Below, piece by piece: positions 44,771 to 53,959 of a stretch of 64,000 nt of DNA. This DNA is from a virus, in UHGV virus genome UHGV-0373904; one strand, 5' to 3'. A model generated the notes under the pieces. It was not told the DNA's origin, ran no database searches, and saw only the letters and a list, made by a program, of their open reading frames with translations. Every line of letters starts with the position of its first letter. The first letter of the stretch is position 1. The translations under genes and the position numbers were made by a program.

Positions 44771-45324
44771 GATACTTAAAATATGTTTCATGGATTTTCT
44801 TAGCTTTGTTAGAACCATTTGCAGCAACCCTAGCAGTCATCTTAGCACCTTTCGTAGTTCCATTCTACAGTGAGAAGAAAGGGCATCTACCTTTTGGATT
44901 CAGATGGACGGAGACCTATGACAACCCTATTGATGGTGACAAAGGCCACGTTGAGAGATGGGCTAAGATTAGAAAGATTGGTAAGCTTGGTGTCTACATG
45001 CAGAGAGTTGGATGGCTCTGGAGAAACAAAGCTTATAACTTCTCTTACCATGTATTAGGAAGAGATGTAAAAGACGTTACTAAGTGGAAAGGTAATATCA
45101 ACGTAAGTTCTAACCCTGAAGATAATCAAACAGGTTATCTCCTAATGTGGAACAGTAATGCTTGGGGATTATTCGCTTTTATCCCATCAATTAAAATCTT
45201 TGGTAAACAGTTTTACTGGAGAATTTATATTGGATGGAAACTTAAAAGTGTTGTCCCAGAAGAAAGAGCATTCTCAAGGGAAAGAGTTATGTTGGCATTC
45301 TTTATTCATCCACTGAGAAAGTAA
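44767..45324 (+). CDS. membrane protein (embedded in tRNA array)
   Basis: ATGA overlap with upstream gene; N-terminal TM helices WIFLALLEPFAATLAVILAPFVV. Confidence 0.45.
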   Translation: MRYLKYVSWIFLALLEPFAATLAVILAPFVVPFYSEKKGHLPFGFRWTETYDNPIDGDKGHVERWAKIRKIGKLGVYMQRVGWLWRNKAYNFSYHVLGRDVKDVTKWKGNINVSSNPEDNQTGYLLMWNSNAWGLFAFIPSIKIFGKQFYWRIYIGWKLKSVVPEERAFSRERVMLAFFIHPLRK

Positions 45325-45332
45325 AGATTTAA

Positions 45333-45408
45333 AGGGGATTAGTTTACAAGGTTAAAACCTCGGTCTTTGAAATCGAAGAAGTTGGTTCAATTCCAACATC
45401 CCCCGCCA
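45333..45408 (+). tRNA. tRNA-Gln(TTG)
   Basis: acceptor AGGGGAT/ATCCCCC with unpaired 1:72 (A/C), discriminator G, loop CTTTGAA, T-arm GTTGG-TTCAATT-CCAAC, CCA. Confidence 0.65.
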
Positions 45409-45410
45409 AT

Positions 45411-45489
45411 GCTCCATTACTCCAATTGGCAGAGAGGCCAGACTTAAAATCTGTGTTATGTATCGGTTCGAATCCGATATGGAGTACCA
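45411..45489 (+). tRNA. tRNA with Leu anticodon (TAA), short variable arm
   Basis: acceptor GCTCCAT/ATGGAGT, loop CTTAAAA, T-arm ATCGG-TTCGAAT-CCGAT, discriminator A, CCA; 79 nt. Confidence 0.55.
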
Positions 45490-45494
45490 AATTT

Positions 45495-45570
45495 AGCGGT
45501 ATAGCATAACTGGCAATGCAACAGTCTCTGAAGCTGTCCTATTAAGGTTCAAATCCTTATGCCGCTGCCA
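45495..45570 (+). tRNA. tRNA-Gln(CTG)
   Basis: acceptor AGCGGTA/TGCCGCT, anticodon stem ACAGT/GCTGT, loop CTCTGAA, T-arm TAAGG-TTCAAAT-CCTTA, discriminator G, CCA. Confidence 0.65.
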
Positions 45571-45601
45571 CTTCTAAGGATTCTTACGAGAGTCCTTAAA
45601 T

Positions 45602-45677
45602 GTGGCCTTATCATAAAAGGTAATGACCCATGCTGTGAACATGGTCTATACGGGTTCAAATCCCGTAGGTCACCCCA
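45602..45677 (+). tRNA. tRNA-His(GTG)
   Basis: acceptor GTGGCCT/AGGTCAC, anticodon stem CCATG/CATGG, loop CTGTGAA, T-arm ACGGG-TTCAAAT-CCCGT, discriminator C, CCA. Confidence 0.7.
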
Positions 45678-45682
45678 ATTTA

Positions 45683-45760
45683 TAGTCCAAGTAGCTTATA
45701 TGGTTAAAGCGCGTGTCTGAAAAACATGAGAAGAGGGTTCAAATCCCACTGGACTACCAA
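45683..45760 (+). tRNA. tRNA-Phe(GAA)
   Basis: perfect acceptor TAGTCCA/TGGACTA, anticodon stem CGTGT/ACATG, loop CTGAAAA, T-loop TTCAAAT, CCA. Confidence 0.7.
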
Positions 45761-45775
45761 TTTCAAAGGTGCTTA

Positions 45776-46510
45776 ATGAAAGAGATGACAGAACAAGGTA
45801 AGGAGATTTTTAATCTCTTAAAAACTGGTAAAGGGTTTTCTAACCCCCTTATTACTGGTGCAGCAGTTCTCGGTGGAACCGTAGCTGCCTCTACATCACT
45901 TGTAAGCTCTATTAGCTCTGTATCAGACCCTACAGTAAAGGATAAGCTTGTTGCTGCTGGACTTACAACAGTTCTGCTTAACAGCTTTACCACGAGTCTG
46001 ACAAGCACTACATCAACTACCAAAACACTAACAGATTACGGTCAAAAGTCCATTGATGAGTTTTCATCACGTATGCAGGTAGCAAAAGGTTACTCTAATG
46101 TTATGGGTGCAGCAGGTGAACAAGTTGGCTGTACACCGTTTAGTGGTATTATGGGCGTTGCTACAGAATATGGTCAAAAAGCTATTGACACAATTAACAG
46201 TGCACTAGATGTCGTTAATGATGTATTAAGTGACTTACAAGATGCTATTGACAAAGGTCTTGATACTATTTCTGATTTAGCTAACCAAGCTGTTAGTAAG
46301 ATTAATGAAGGTATTTCGAAGATTACAGCTTATGCAGATGAAGTTGTGCAGATGATTGAAGAAGAAGCTGCTCTTATTGCAGAGTACCTTAAAACGAATA
46401 TCAATGGGTTCTTAGCAGGTATCTTACCAGACTGGTTTGATGATGCTTGTAAAACTGGTGTGATTGACACTATTGCAACACCAGAAATGAAGAACGCATT
46501 ACAGAAATAA
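45776..46510 (+). CDS. hypothetical Ser/Thr-rich protein
   Basis: track ORF starts at GTG 45713 inside tRNA-Phe; ATG 45776 is the first start downstream of the tRNA. Confidence 0.45.
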   Translation: MKEMTEQGKEIFNLLKTGKGFSNPLITGAAVLGGTVAASTSLVSSISSVSDPTVKDKLVAAGLTTVLLNSFTTSLTSTTSTTKTLTDYGQKSIDEFSSRMQVAKGYSNVMGAAGEQVGCTPFSGIMGVATEYGQKAIDTINSALDVVNDVLSDLQDAIDKGLDTISDLANQAVSKINEGISKITAYADEVVQMIEEEAALIAEYLKTNINGFLAGILPDWFDDACKTGVIDTIATPEMKNALQK

Positions 46511-46511
46511 T

Positions 46512-46604
46512 GGAAGATTAACCCTAAAAGGTAAGGGAGCAGTTTGCTAAACTGCCAGTAGCTGAGAAATCGGTGTACCAGTTCAAGTCTGGTATCTTCC
46601 TCCA
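46512..46604 (+). tRNA. tRNA-Ser(GCT), long variable arm
   Basis: acceptor GGAAGAT/ATCTTCC, anticodon stem GCAGT/ACTGC, loop TTGCTAA, long variable arm, T-arm ACCAG-TTCAAGT-CTGGT, CCA. Confidence 0.7.
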
Positions 46605-46608
46605 ATTT

Positions 46609-46684
46609 GAATCCGTGACAGAAATGGCTATGTGCCTGTCTGCAAAACAGGTTTATAAGGGTTCGAGTCCCTTCGGATTCTCCA
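46609..46684 (+). tRNA. tRNA-Cys(GCA)
   Basis: acceptor GAATCCG/CGGATTC, anticodon stem CCTGT/ACAGG, loop CTGCAAA, T-arm AAGGG-TTCGAGT-CCCTT, CCA. Confidence 0.7.
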
Positions 46685-46721
46685 AGTTATTTTACTCTCT
46701 CTCAATTAAAATAATAATAAT

Positions 46722-46781
46722 GCCCTGCTATAAGTATTCTTCCTTTCGCTACCGAAGAGTATTTTTAGACAGGGCTTTTTT
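46722..46781 (+). terminator. compound hairpin terminator after the tRNA array
   Basis: GCCCTG ... CAGGGC enclosing an inner hairpin, followed by TTTTTT. Confidence 0.5.
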
Positions 46782-46847
46782 ACAGAGCTATACTTTATAA
46801 GAAGACTTATACAGTATGTCTCTGACGTACATTGTGGTTTCTCCTTG

Positions 46848-46871
46848 ACGGTCTCTGTGCCGTCTTTTTTA
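46848..46871 (+). terminator. intrinsic terminator candidate
   Basis: hairpin GACGGTCTCTGTGCCGTC followed by TTTTTT. Confidence 0.6.
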
Positions 46872-46906
46872 AGGGGAAACATGGTTAATTATTTGGAGAA
46901 AACATA

Positions 46907-47107
46907 ATGAGCGAGACCGTTTATAAAGAACTTTATGAAGCTAACAAGAAGCTAGAATTTATGCAGAATACTATCATGGCAATTGCAGACAGATTATCTG
47001 TAGCAACAGGCATTGATATTAAAGAAGCATCTATGGATGCACTTCTTGATGCTGTTGATGCAAAGTTCGAAGTTAAGAAAGAAGAGACTGCTACAGACTC
47101 TGAATAA
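46907..47107 (+). CDS. hypothetical small acidic protein upstream of terminase
   Basis: RBS ggagaaaa; 66 aa; position compatible with a small terminase-associated factor, no motif support. Confidence 0.4.
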   Translation: MSETVYKELYEANKKLEFMQNTIMAIADRLSVATGIDIKEASMDALLDAVDAKFEVKKEETATDSE

Positions 47108-47128
47108 TTCTATTTGCGGAGGTGCTTA

Positions 47129-48730
47129 ATGGACTTAAATGCTGTTAAGCAGAAGCGAGTGGAAGATGTTAGGAAAGTCCTAGCTGGAGAGTTGGGGCTT
47201 TCTGATGAAGTAAAAGAAATTATCAAATCATTCGGTAAAGACCCCTCTAAATTCCTTCCAACTCAAATTCTGACTTTATTAAGATACACACCAGACCAAG
47301 TTCGCCTTATCTTTAAATTGATGACTGATAAGAACTATGTAGCCCCTCAGCCGGGTTCTCAAGAGGTCTTTTTAAATACTAATGCTGACTTGGTTCTTTA
47401 TGGTGGTGCTGCTGGTGCTGGTAAAACTGCTGCATTGTTAATGGACTCTTTAAGATTTATTGAAGACCCTAACTATAATGCTGTATATTTCCGTCGAAAT
47501 ACAACACAGTTACAAGGTGGTTTATGGCCTGCTGCAAAGAAACTATTTGGTAAGTTTGGTGGGATTCCTCACGAGCAGAAAATGACTATTACATTCCCTT
47601 CTGGGGCAACTATTAAGTTTACCTACCTAGAACTTGAAAAGCACGCTGAAGGTCATCAGGGTATTGAATACTCAGCTATTTACTTTGACGAAGGTACACA
47701 TTTCTCTGCTTCACAGATTTCATACCTACAAACACGTCTACGTTCTGGTGCTGAAGGTGATTCATACATGAAGATTTCCATGAACCCAGACAGAGACCAC
47801 TTTATTTACGATTGGGTAGAACCATTCTTAGATGAAGAAGGTTATCCAGACCCTGAAAAGTGTGGTCGTATTCGTTGGTATGTAATGAATGACGGTGTGA
47901 TGGTTTCTGATTGGGAGAGAGACAAGATTCTTGAAATGTTCCCTCTTGAGATTCCTCAAACATACACCTTTATCTCTGGTACGATTGATGATAACCCAAT
48001 CCTTGACTTCTTAGAGCCTAAGTACCGTGGTAAGTTGGAAAACAACACCCCTGTAAACGTTGCAAGACTTCGTTTCGGTAACTGGAAGGCTCGTGCAGAA
48101 GGTTCAAACTATTGGCAAAGACAATGGTGTGAGATTGTTGATTCACTCCCAGAAGATGTATTCGATGTTAGAGCATGGGACTTAGCAGCAACTTTACCAT
48201 CTGAGGTTAACCCTAATCCAGACTGGACAGCAGGTGTTAAGATGGGTAAATCTAAAAAAGACGGTTGCTATTATATCATTGATGTAGTAAGATTTAGAGA
48301 TAGACCCTCTGGAGTCGAAACACAAATTAATTTGACTGCTGAAAGTGATGGTAAGCGAACTGGTATTTTTATCCCTCAAGACCCAGGCGCTGCTGGTAAA
48401 TCCTACGCAACATCCCTCATCAGGAAACTTGCCGAGAAAGGCTATCGTGCAAGAGCTAAACCAACAAATAAAGATAAAGTTACCCGATTTGCGGGGTTTT
48501 CTGCTGCTTCTGAAGCTGGACTTGTAAAAGTCTTGAGAGGTAGTTGGAATGAAGCTTACTTTCAAGAGCTTGAAGGCTTTTGTGGTGATGGCAAAACTAA
48601 AGATGACCAAGTGGATGCTACCAGTGATGCTTTCAACAGTCTTAACGAAGTTAAATTATTCAAGCCACCATCAATGGGTGCTCACACAGACTTAGTGAGA
48701 GGAAACCCATATGAGGGGCTTAGACGTTGA
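47129..48730 (+). CDS. terminase large subunit
   Basis: track start 47114 is TTG; ATG 47129 follows RBS ggagg; Walker A VLYGGAAGAGKTAAL; ~530 aa. Confidence 0.85.
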   Translation: MDLNAVKQKRVEDVRKVLAGELGLSDEVKEIIKSFGKDPSKFLPTQILTLLRYTPDQVRLIFKLMTDKNYVAPQPGSQEVFLNTNADLVLYGGAAGAGKTAALLMDSLRFIEDPNYNAVYFRRNTTQLQGGLWPAAKKLFGKFGGIPHEQKMTITFPSGATIKFTYLELEKHAEGHQGIEYSAIYFDEGTHFSASQISYLQTRLRSGAEGDSYMKISMNPDRDHFIYDWVEPFLDEEGYPDPEKCGRIRWYVMNDGVMVSDWERDKILEMFPLEIPQTYTFISGTIDDNPILDFLEPKYRGKLENNTPVNVARLRFGNWKARAEGSNYWQRQWCEIVDSLPEDVFDVRAWDLAATLPSEVNPNPDWTAGVKMGKSKKDGCYYIIDVVRFRDRPSGVETQINLTAESDGKRTGIFIPQDPGAAGKSYATSLIRKLAEKGYRARAKPTNKDKVTRFAGFSAASEAGLVKVLRGSWNEAYFQELEGFCGDGKTKDDQVDATSDAFNSLNEVKLFKPPSMGAHTDLVRGNPYEGLRR

Positions 48731-48746
48731 TAGCTAGGTGAGAAGA

Positions 48747-50213
48747 ATGGCAGAAATTACAGAAACACAAGAAAGCTTACCACCATTTAGAATGGGTGAA
48801 GTAGGTTCTTTGGGTCTGAAGGTTAAGAATGGAAGAATCTATGAAGAACCTCGTCAGGCACTAAGGTTCCCTGAAAGTATTAAAACTTTCCAATTAATGA
48901 TGCGTGACCCTGCTGTAGCAGCATCTGTGAATATTATTAAGATGTTTGTCAGAAAAGTCAACTGGAGATTCGTACCTCCAAAGGGAAAAGAGCAAGACCC
49001 TAAAATGCTTGAAAGAGCAGACTTCTTTAATTCTTTAATGGATGACATGGAGCATGATTGGGCAGATTTTATTAACTCTGTAATGTCATTCTGCACTTAT
49101 GGGTTCTGTGTTAACGAAAAGGTTTATAAGAAACGTCAGGGTAAAAAAGGAAAGTACCAGTCAAAATTTGATGATGGTCTAATTGGGTGGGCTAAATTAC
49201 CAATCAGAAACCAGTCAACACTTGATAAGTGGTATTTTGACGAAGACTTTAGGAAAGTTACTGGTGTTAGACAGAATCTGAGAAATGTTTCACATATTGC
49301 TGGAGCAATTAATCTTGGAGAAAGACCTCTAACAAGAAAACTTCCACGAGCTAAATTCATGCTGTTTAAGTATGACGATGAATATGGAAATCCAGAAGGT
49401 CGTTCACCACTACTTAATGCTTATGTACCGTGGAAATATAAAGTACAGATTGAAGAGTATGAGGCTGTTGGCGTTTCAAGAGACTTAGTAGGTATGCCAA
49501 AGATTGGTTTACCACCAGACTATCTAGATGAAAATGCAGAACCTGAAAAGAAAGCTTTCGTACAATACTGCAAAACTGTTGTTAACGATATGATTGCTAA
49601 TGATAGAGCAGGTTTAATCTGGCCTAGATATATCGACCCAGATACTAAAGAGGATATTTTTGAGTTCTCATTAGTTTCTAGACAGGGTGCTAAAGCATAC
49701 GATACAGGTTCTATTATTGACAGATATTCCAAGCAGATTATGATGGCATTTATGTCAGATGTTCTTGCTATGGGTCAGTCAAAATATGGTTCATTCTCTC
49801 TTGCAGATTCTAAGACGAGTTTACTAGCAATGTCAGTAGATATTCTGCTGAAGCAAATTAAGAACGTAATTAACCGTGATTTAGTTGCACAGACTTATGC
49901 TCTTAATATGTGGGATGATGAAGAACATGTACAAATCACATATGATGATATCGAAACTCCAGACCTTGAAGCAATTGGTTCTTATATTCAGAAGACTGTT
50001 GCAGTAGGTGCTTTGGAAGTTGACAAAGAGCTATCTAACAAACTTAGAGAGCATATTGGTCTCCCTCCTGCTGATGAGTCTCAGCCAGTATCTGAAAAGC
50101 TTTCTCCAAATAGCCAAAGCCGCTCAGGAGATGGTTATAAGACCGCTGGAGAAGGTACTGCAAAGACACCTTCAGCGAAAGACCCAAGCACAGCAAATAA
50201 GGCAAATAAATAA
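48747..50213 (+). CDS. portal protein (putative)
   Basis: ~490 aa immediately after terminase; start moved from GTG 48738 to ATG 48747; assignment by position and size. Confidence 0.65.
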   Translation: MAEITETQESLPPFRMGEVGSLGLKVKNGRIYEEPRQALRFPESIKTFQLMMRDPAVAASVNIIKMFVRKVNWRFVPPKGKEQDPKMLERADFFNSLMDDMEHDWADFINSVMSFCTYGFCVNEKVYKKRQGKKGKYQSKFDDGLIGWAKLPIRNQSTLDKWYFDEDFRKVTGVRQNLRNVSHIAGAINLGERPLTRKLPRAKFMLFKYDDEYGNPEGRSPLLNAYVPWKYKVQIEEYEAVGVSRDLVGMPKIGLPPDYLDENAEPEKKAFVQYCKTVVNDMIANDRAGLIWPRYIDPDTKEDIFEFSLVSRQGAKAYDTGSIIDRYSKQIMMAFMSDVLAMGQSKYGSFSLADSKTSLLAMSVDILLKQIKNVINRDLVAQTYALNMWDDEEHVQITYDDIETPDLEAIGSYIQKTVAVGALEVDKELSNKLREHIGLPPADESQPVSEKLSPNSQSRSGDGYKTAGEGTAKTPSAKDPSTANKANK

Positions 50214-50713
50214 TGGCTGAAGTTATCTCTATTTCAAATGCTACACGAGTGCATTCGTATAGGGGTGTCCTTATCATTACTGCCAAGTTATCTGTAGAGG
50301 CTGGCTCAAGGGTCAGTCTTTCAGGTTATGTAAGTGATGGTGGAACCTCTGACGTTTTCACTATTTGCAGGTTACTTGATGCACCAATGAGTGGAAAACC
50401 GTTTATTTTAGGAAATTGTAGTGAAATTGTTAAAATTCCATTTGACAGTTCATGCCTTTTGGGTGTAAAGTTATATAACTGCGAGAATAAACGTATCAAT
50501 GTTAATAGCATTGAAGCCGCTTTCATTACCCTCGACACTGCATTTCAATCTCCAATGACAGTTAATAAAGAAACAAACAGACTTGAATACATTTTTTCAC
50601 AAAATGATTACAAAGTACTTGTCAAAGGTAAAGTATATGCTATGATTGTAAATGTGGTAGATGAATCTGGTAACCATTCAACAGTCCTTAAACAAAAAGT
50701 AAGGTTTAATTAA
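50213..50713 (+). CDS. hypothetical head-module protein
   Basis: ORF track; ATGA-type coupling to portal gene. Confidence 0.4.
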   Translation: MAEVISISNATRVHSYRGVLIITAKLSVEAGSRVSLSGYVSDGGTSDVFTICRLLDAPMSGKPFILGNCSEIVKIPFDSSCLLGVKLYNCENKRINVNSIEAAFITLDTAFQSPMTVNKETNRLEYIFSQNDYKVLVKGKVYAMIVNVVDESGNHSTVLKQKVRFN

Positions 50714-51045
50714 TGGGAACATTAACTATTGATGGTAAGAATAAAATCCTCGCCACGCTAAACCCAACGACTATTATTTTACACAATGTAGACCCAACGG
50801 CAGACCCTACAGCAAATAAGGTTACTCAGCCAGTGGCTATTTATTTTTCTGAACCGGATAATGGCTTAATTGCCTCAGAAGACACAGTTAATATTACTGT
50901 TCCAGCTTCTGCAACGGTCTCACACTATAGCTTGTGGGATGCTAACGATAAATGCGTGGCAACTGGTGCTCTTAGCAAACCTCAATTCTTTGCTGAAGAA
51001 GGTATCTATGTTATCTCTTCAGTCTCTGTAGATTTAAACAAATAG
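50713..51045 (+). CDS. hypothetical head-module protein
   Basis: ORF track; overlapping start/stop. Confidence 0.4.
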   Translation: MGTLTIDGKNKILATLNPTTIILHNVDPTADPTANKVTQPVAIYFSEPDNGLIASEDTVNITVPASATVSHYSLWDANDKCVATGALSKPQFFAEEGIYVISSVSVDLNK

Positions 51046-51056
51046 GGTGAGTAAAA

Positions 51057-52403
51057 ATGAGTTCGAATATCTTCAGACTTGCTGATAGATTATTCAACCA
51101 ACCTTTACTAGCCACTGAATCATTAGCTCACTCAGCAGCAACTTATGTGAATAACAGATTGCTGGGTGATGTCCAAGCAGCAGTAAACTTTGATAAACCC
51201 AAAGGTGATGCAAGAAGTCTTTTAAAAGTAAAAGATGACATTGCTATTATCCCTATTATGGGTGGTTTAACCCATCGTATGACATTCATTGATGCAATGT
51301 GTACAGGTGGATTAAGCTCTTATGAAGGTTTACGTAGAGGCTTTGATGAAGCTTTAGCAGATGAGTCAATTAAGACTATTGTTCTGCATATTGATTCTGG
51401 TGGTGGTGAAGCTTCAGGTTGCTTTGAATTAGCACGTCACATCATGGCTTCAAGAGGCCAAAAGAAAATTATTGCTTATGTAGATGAGTTCGCTTGTTCC
51501 GCTGCATATGCTCTTGCATCTTCTGCTGAAGAAATTATTGCATCACCAGATGCAGATGTTGGTTCTATTGGTGTAATCATGGTTCATCAGGAATTAACTA
51601 AGGCATTTGAAAAGAATGGCGTAACAATTAACGTCATCAAAGCTGGTGAGTTTAAAGGTATGGGTTCACCATTCCAAGCACTTTCAGAAGAAAGCAAAGA
51701 AAGACTTCAAAAGAGAATTAATGATACCTACTCAACCTTTACAGGCTTTGTAGCTGAATCGCGTAATCTCTCTGAAGAAGCTGTAAAGAATACTGAGGCG
51801 AATGTTTATTCTGCTCAGGAAGCTCTTGAACTTGGTTTAATTAACTCAATCATGTCTCAAGATGATTTCTTAAATTACTTACAAGGTTCTGAAGAGGCTC
51901 CTGTAAGTTTAAACGTTAACAATTCAGGTGAAGAAATGACTGAACAAGAAAAGCAAGAACTAGAAGCTTTGCGTCTTCAGGTTGCTCAAATGAAAGCTAA
52001 AGAACAGGAAGCTGCTTTGTCAGATTTGACTAATAAGATTTCTGCTTCTGCTGAAGCTTTTGGGTTTGATGCAAAAGAAGCTGCAACGACTATTTTAGGT
52101 GCTGGTCTTGATAACCCTCTGAGCGTTCTGTTTATGAATGCTATGGAAGGTGCTAACCAGAAACTTAATGAAACTATCGCGTCCCATGCTTCTGCAATGG
52201 AAGAAAAAGAATCAGAAATTACCAAGCTGAAAGAAACTGCTGGTGCTGTTCTTGAACATTCTAATGCTATGGAAGAAATGGGTAATGACGGCGAAGCTGA
52301 TTTGGTTGAAGAAGAAAAAGAACCAGCTAAGAATGCTTCCGAAGACACCGCTGAACAACGCAAACTGGCTCTCCAGAATGCTCTAAAATCTCTTATCAAA
52401 TAA
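51057..52403 (+). CDS. prohead protease (S49/ClpP-like) fused to scaffold-like C-terminal region
   Basis: IAIIPIMGGL ... VLHIDSGGGEASG ... YVDEFACSAAYALAS matches the S49 protease core; C-terminal ~150 aa Glu/Ala/Lys-rich helical. Confidence 0.7.
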   Translation: MSSNIFRLADRLFNQPLLATESLAHSAATYVNNRLLGDVQAAVNFDKPKGDARSLLKVKDDIAIIPIMGGLTHRMTFIDAMCTGGLSSYEGLRRGFDEALADESIKTIVLHIDSGGGEASGCFELARHIMASRGQKKIIAYVDEFACSAAYALASSAEEIIASPDADVGSIGVIMVHQELTKAFEKNGVTINVIKAGEFKGMGSPFQALSEESKERLQKRINDTYSTFTGFVAESRNLSEEAVKNTEANVYSAQEALELGLINSIMSQDDFLNYLQGSEEAPVSLNVNNSGEEMTEQEKQELEALRLQVAQMKAKEQEAALSDLTNKISASAEAFGFDAKEAATTILGAGLDNPLSVLFMNAMEGANQKLNETIASHASAMEEKESEITKLKETAGAVLEHSNAMEEMGNDGEADLVEEEKEPAKNASEDTAEQRKLALQNALKSLIK

Positions 52404-52414
52404 GGAACACAATA

Positions 52415-52792
52415 ATGGCATATGAAGGTTTTACTCACTTAGGTAAAAGAGAACCTCTGAATGATATCATTCTTTGGGAACAGGTTACCCCAACAGGTCA
52501 CTCTCGCAAAGAGTACACTCCAGTTGCTTCAACAGAATACCGTGTAGGTGAAGTCCTGAAAGCAGATGGTACTAAAGTTGCAGCAGGGGAAGAAGCTCAG
52601 GCTGATTCTGTATGTATCGTTAACTTTTATGCAGACCTGCAACTGTCTTACCACGGTCAGTTGAAAGTCGTTGGTATTTACCGCGACGCAGAACTGAAAG
52701 ACATGCTTACTCTTGAGTCTGGTGTTAATGCTGAGAACGTCAAGAAAGCTCTGGCTGCTAAAGGTATTGATTTCGTACCAACTGGCCTGTAA
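52415..52792 (+). CDS. head decoration protein (putative)
   Basis: 125 aa between protease/scaffold and major capsid gene, as in lambda-type head modules. Confidence 0.5.
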   Translation: MAYEGFTHLGKREPLNDIILWEQVTPTGHSRKEYTPVASTEYRVGEVLKADGTKVAAGEEAQADSVCIVNFYADLQLSYHGQLKVVGIYRDAELKDMLTLESGVNAENVKKALAAKGIDFVPTGL

Positions 52793-52825
52793 TAACAATA
52801 ATAAGACATTCTGGAGAATTTTACA

Positions 52826-53938
52826 ATGTTGACTAATTCTGAAAAAAGCAGATTTTTCCTTGCTGACCTGACTGGTGAAGTCCAGTCTATCCCAAATACT
52901 TATGGGTATATTTCCAACTTAGGTCTGTTCCGTTCAGCACCAATCACCCAAACTACTTTCCTTATGGACTTGACTGATTGGGATGTTAGCTTGCTTGATG
53001 CGGTAGACCGTGATAGCCGTAAAGCAGAGACTAGCGCACCTGAGCGTGTCCGTCAAATCAGCTTCCCAATGATGTACTTCAAAGAAGTTGAAAGCATTAC
53101 TCCTGATGAGATTCAGGGTGTACGTCAGCCAGGCACTGCAAACGAACTGACTACTGAAGCTGTAGTACGTGCTAAGAAGCTGATGAAGATTCGTACCAAG
53201 TTCGATATTACTCGTGAGTTCTTGTTTATGCAAGCTCTGAAGGGTAAAGTTGTTGATGCTCGTGGTACTCTGTATGCTGACCTGTACAAGCAGTTCGACG
53301 TTGAGAAGAAGACTGTTTACTTCGACCTTGACAACCCTAATGCTGACATCGACGCTTCTATTGAAGAACTGCGTATGCACATGGAAGACGAAGCTAAGAC
53401 TGGCACTGTAATCAACGGTGAAGAAATTCACGTAGTTGTTGACCGTGTGTTCTTCAGCAAACTGGTTAAGCATCCTAAGATTCGTGACGCTTATCTTGCA
53501 CAGCAGACTCCACTGGCTTGGCAGCAGATTACTGGTTCTCTGAGAACTGGTGGTACTGACGGCGTTCAGGCCCACATGAACACTTTCTACTACGGTGGTG
53601 TTAAGTTTGTCCAGTACAACGGTAAGTTCAAAGACAAGCGTGGTAAAGTTCACACTCTGGTTAGCATTGATGGTGTTACTCAGGATGGAACTGTAGGTGT
53701 AGGACATGCTTTCCCTAACGTTTCTATGCTGGGTGAAGCAAACAACATCTTCGAAGTGGCATATGGCCCATGTCCTAAGATGGGTTATGCGAATACACTT
53801 GGTCAGGAACTATACGTATTCGAATACGAAAAAGACCGTGACGAAGGTATTGACTTTGAAGCTCACTCTTACATGCTGCCATACTGCACACGTCCTCAGT
53901 TGCTGGTAGACGTTCGTTCTGACGCTAAACCAGACTAA
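52826..53938 (+). CDS. major capsid protein
   Basis: 370 aa; RBS ggaga; follows decoration gene. Confidence 0.7.
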   Translation: MLTNSEKSRFFLADLTGEVQSIPNTYGYISNLGLFRSAPITQTTFLMDLTDWDVSLLDAVDRDSRKAETSAPERVRQISFPMMYFKEVESITPDEIQGVRQPGTANELTTEAVVRAKKLMKIRTKFDITREFLFMQALKGKVVDARGTLYADLYKQFDVEKKTVYFDLDNPNADIDASIEELRMHMEDEAKTGTVINGEEIHVVVDRVFFSKLVKHPKIRDAYLAQQTPLAWQQITGSLRTGGTDGVQAHMNTFYYGGVKFVQYNGKFKDKRGKVHTLVSIDGVTQDGTVGVGHAFPNVSMLGEANNIFEVAYGPCPKMGYANTLGQELYVFEYEKDRDEGIDFEAHSYMLPYCTRPQLLVDVRSDAKPD

Positions 53939-53959
53939 TATTCTTAAGGAGGGTTATGA

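Noticed and set aside
45601-45677. Canonical tRNA-His with encoded G-1
   Set aside because: The base at -1 is T, so the extra 5' G typical of tRNA-His is not encoded; the gene is still called tRNA-His from its GTG anticodon and C73.
41460-46800. ORF-track ORFs overlapping tRNA genes (41460-41711 -, 41614-41853 +, 42189-42419 -, 43491-43685 +, 46330-46605 -, 46573-46800 +)
   Set aside because: Each overlaps one or more tRNAs or structured elements and lacks an RBS; products are low-complexity. Considered spurious.
10957-48746. Upstream TTG/GTG starts given by the ORF track (10957, 23406, 25462, 45713, 47114, 48738)
   Set aside because: In each case an ATG with better RBS spacing lies 9-63 nt downstream; the upstream codon falls inside a repeat, a tRNA or the previous gene.
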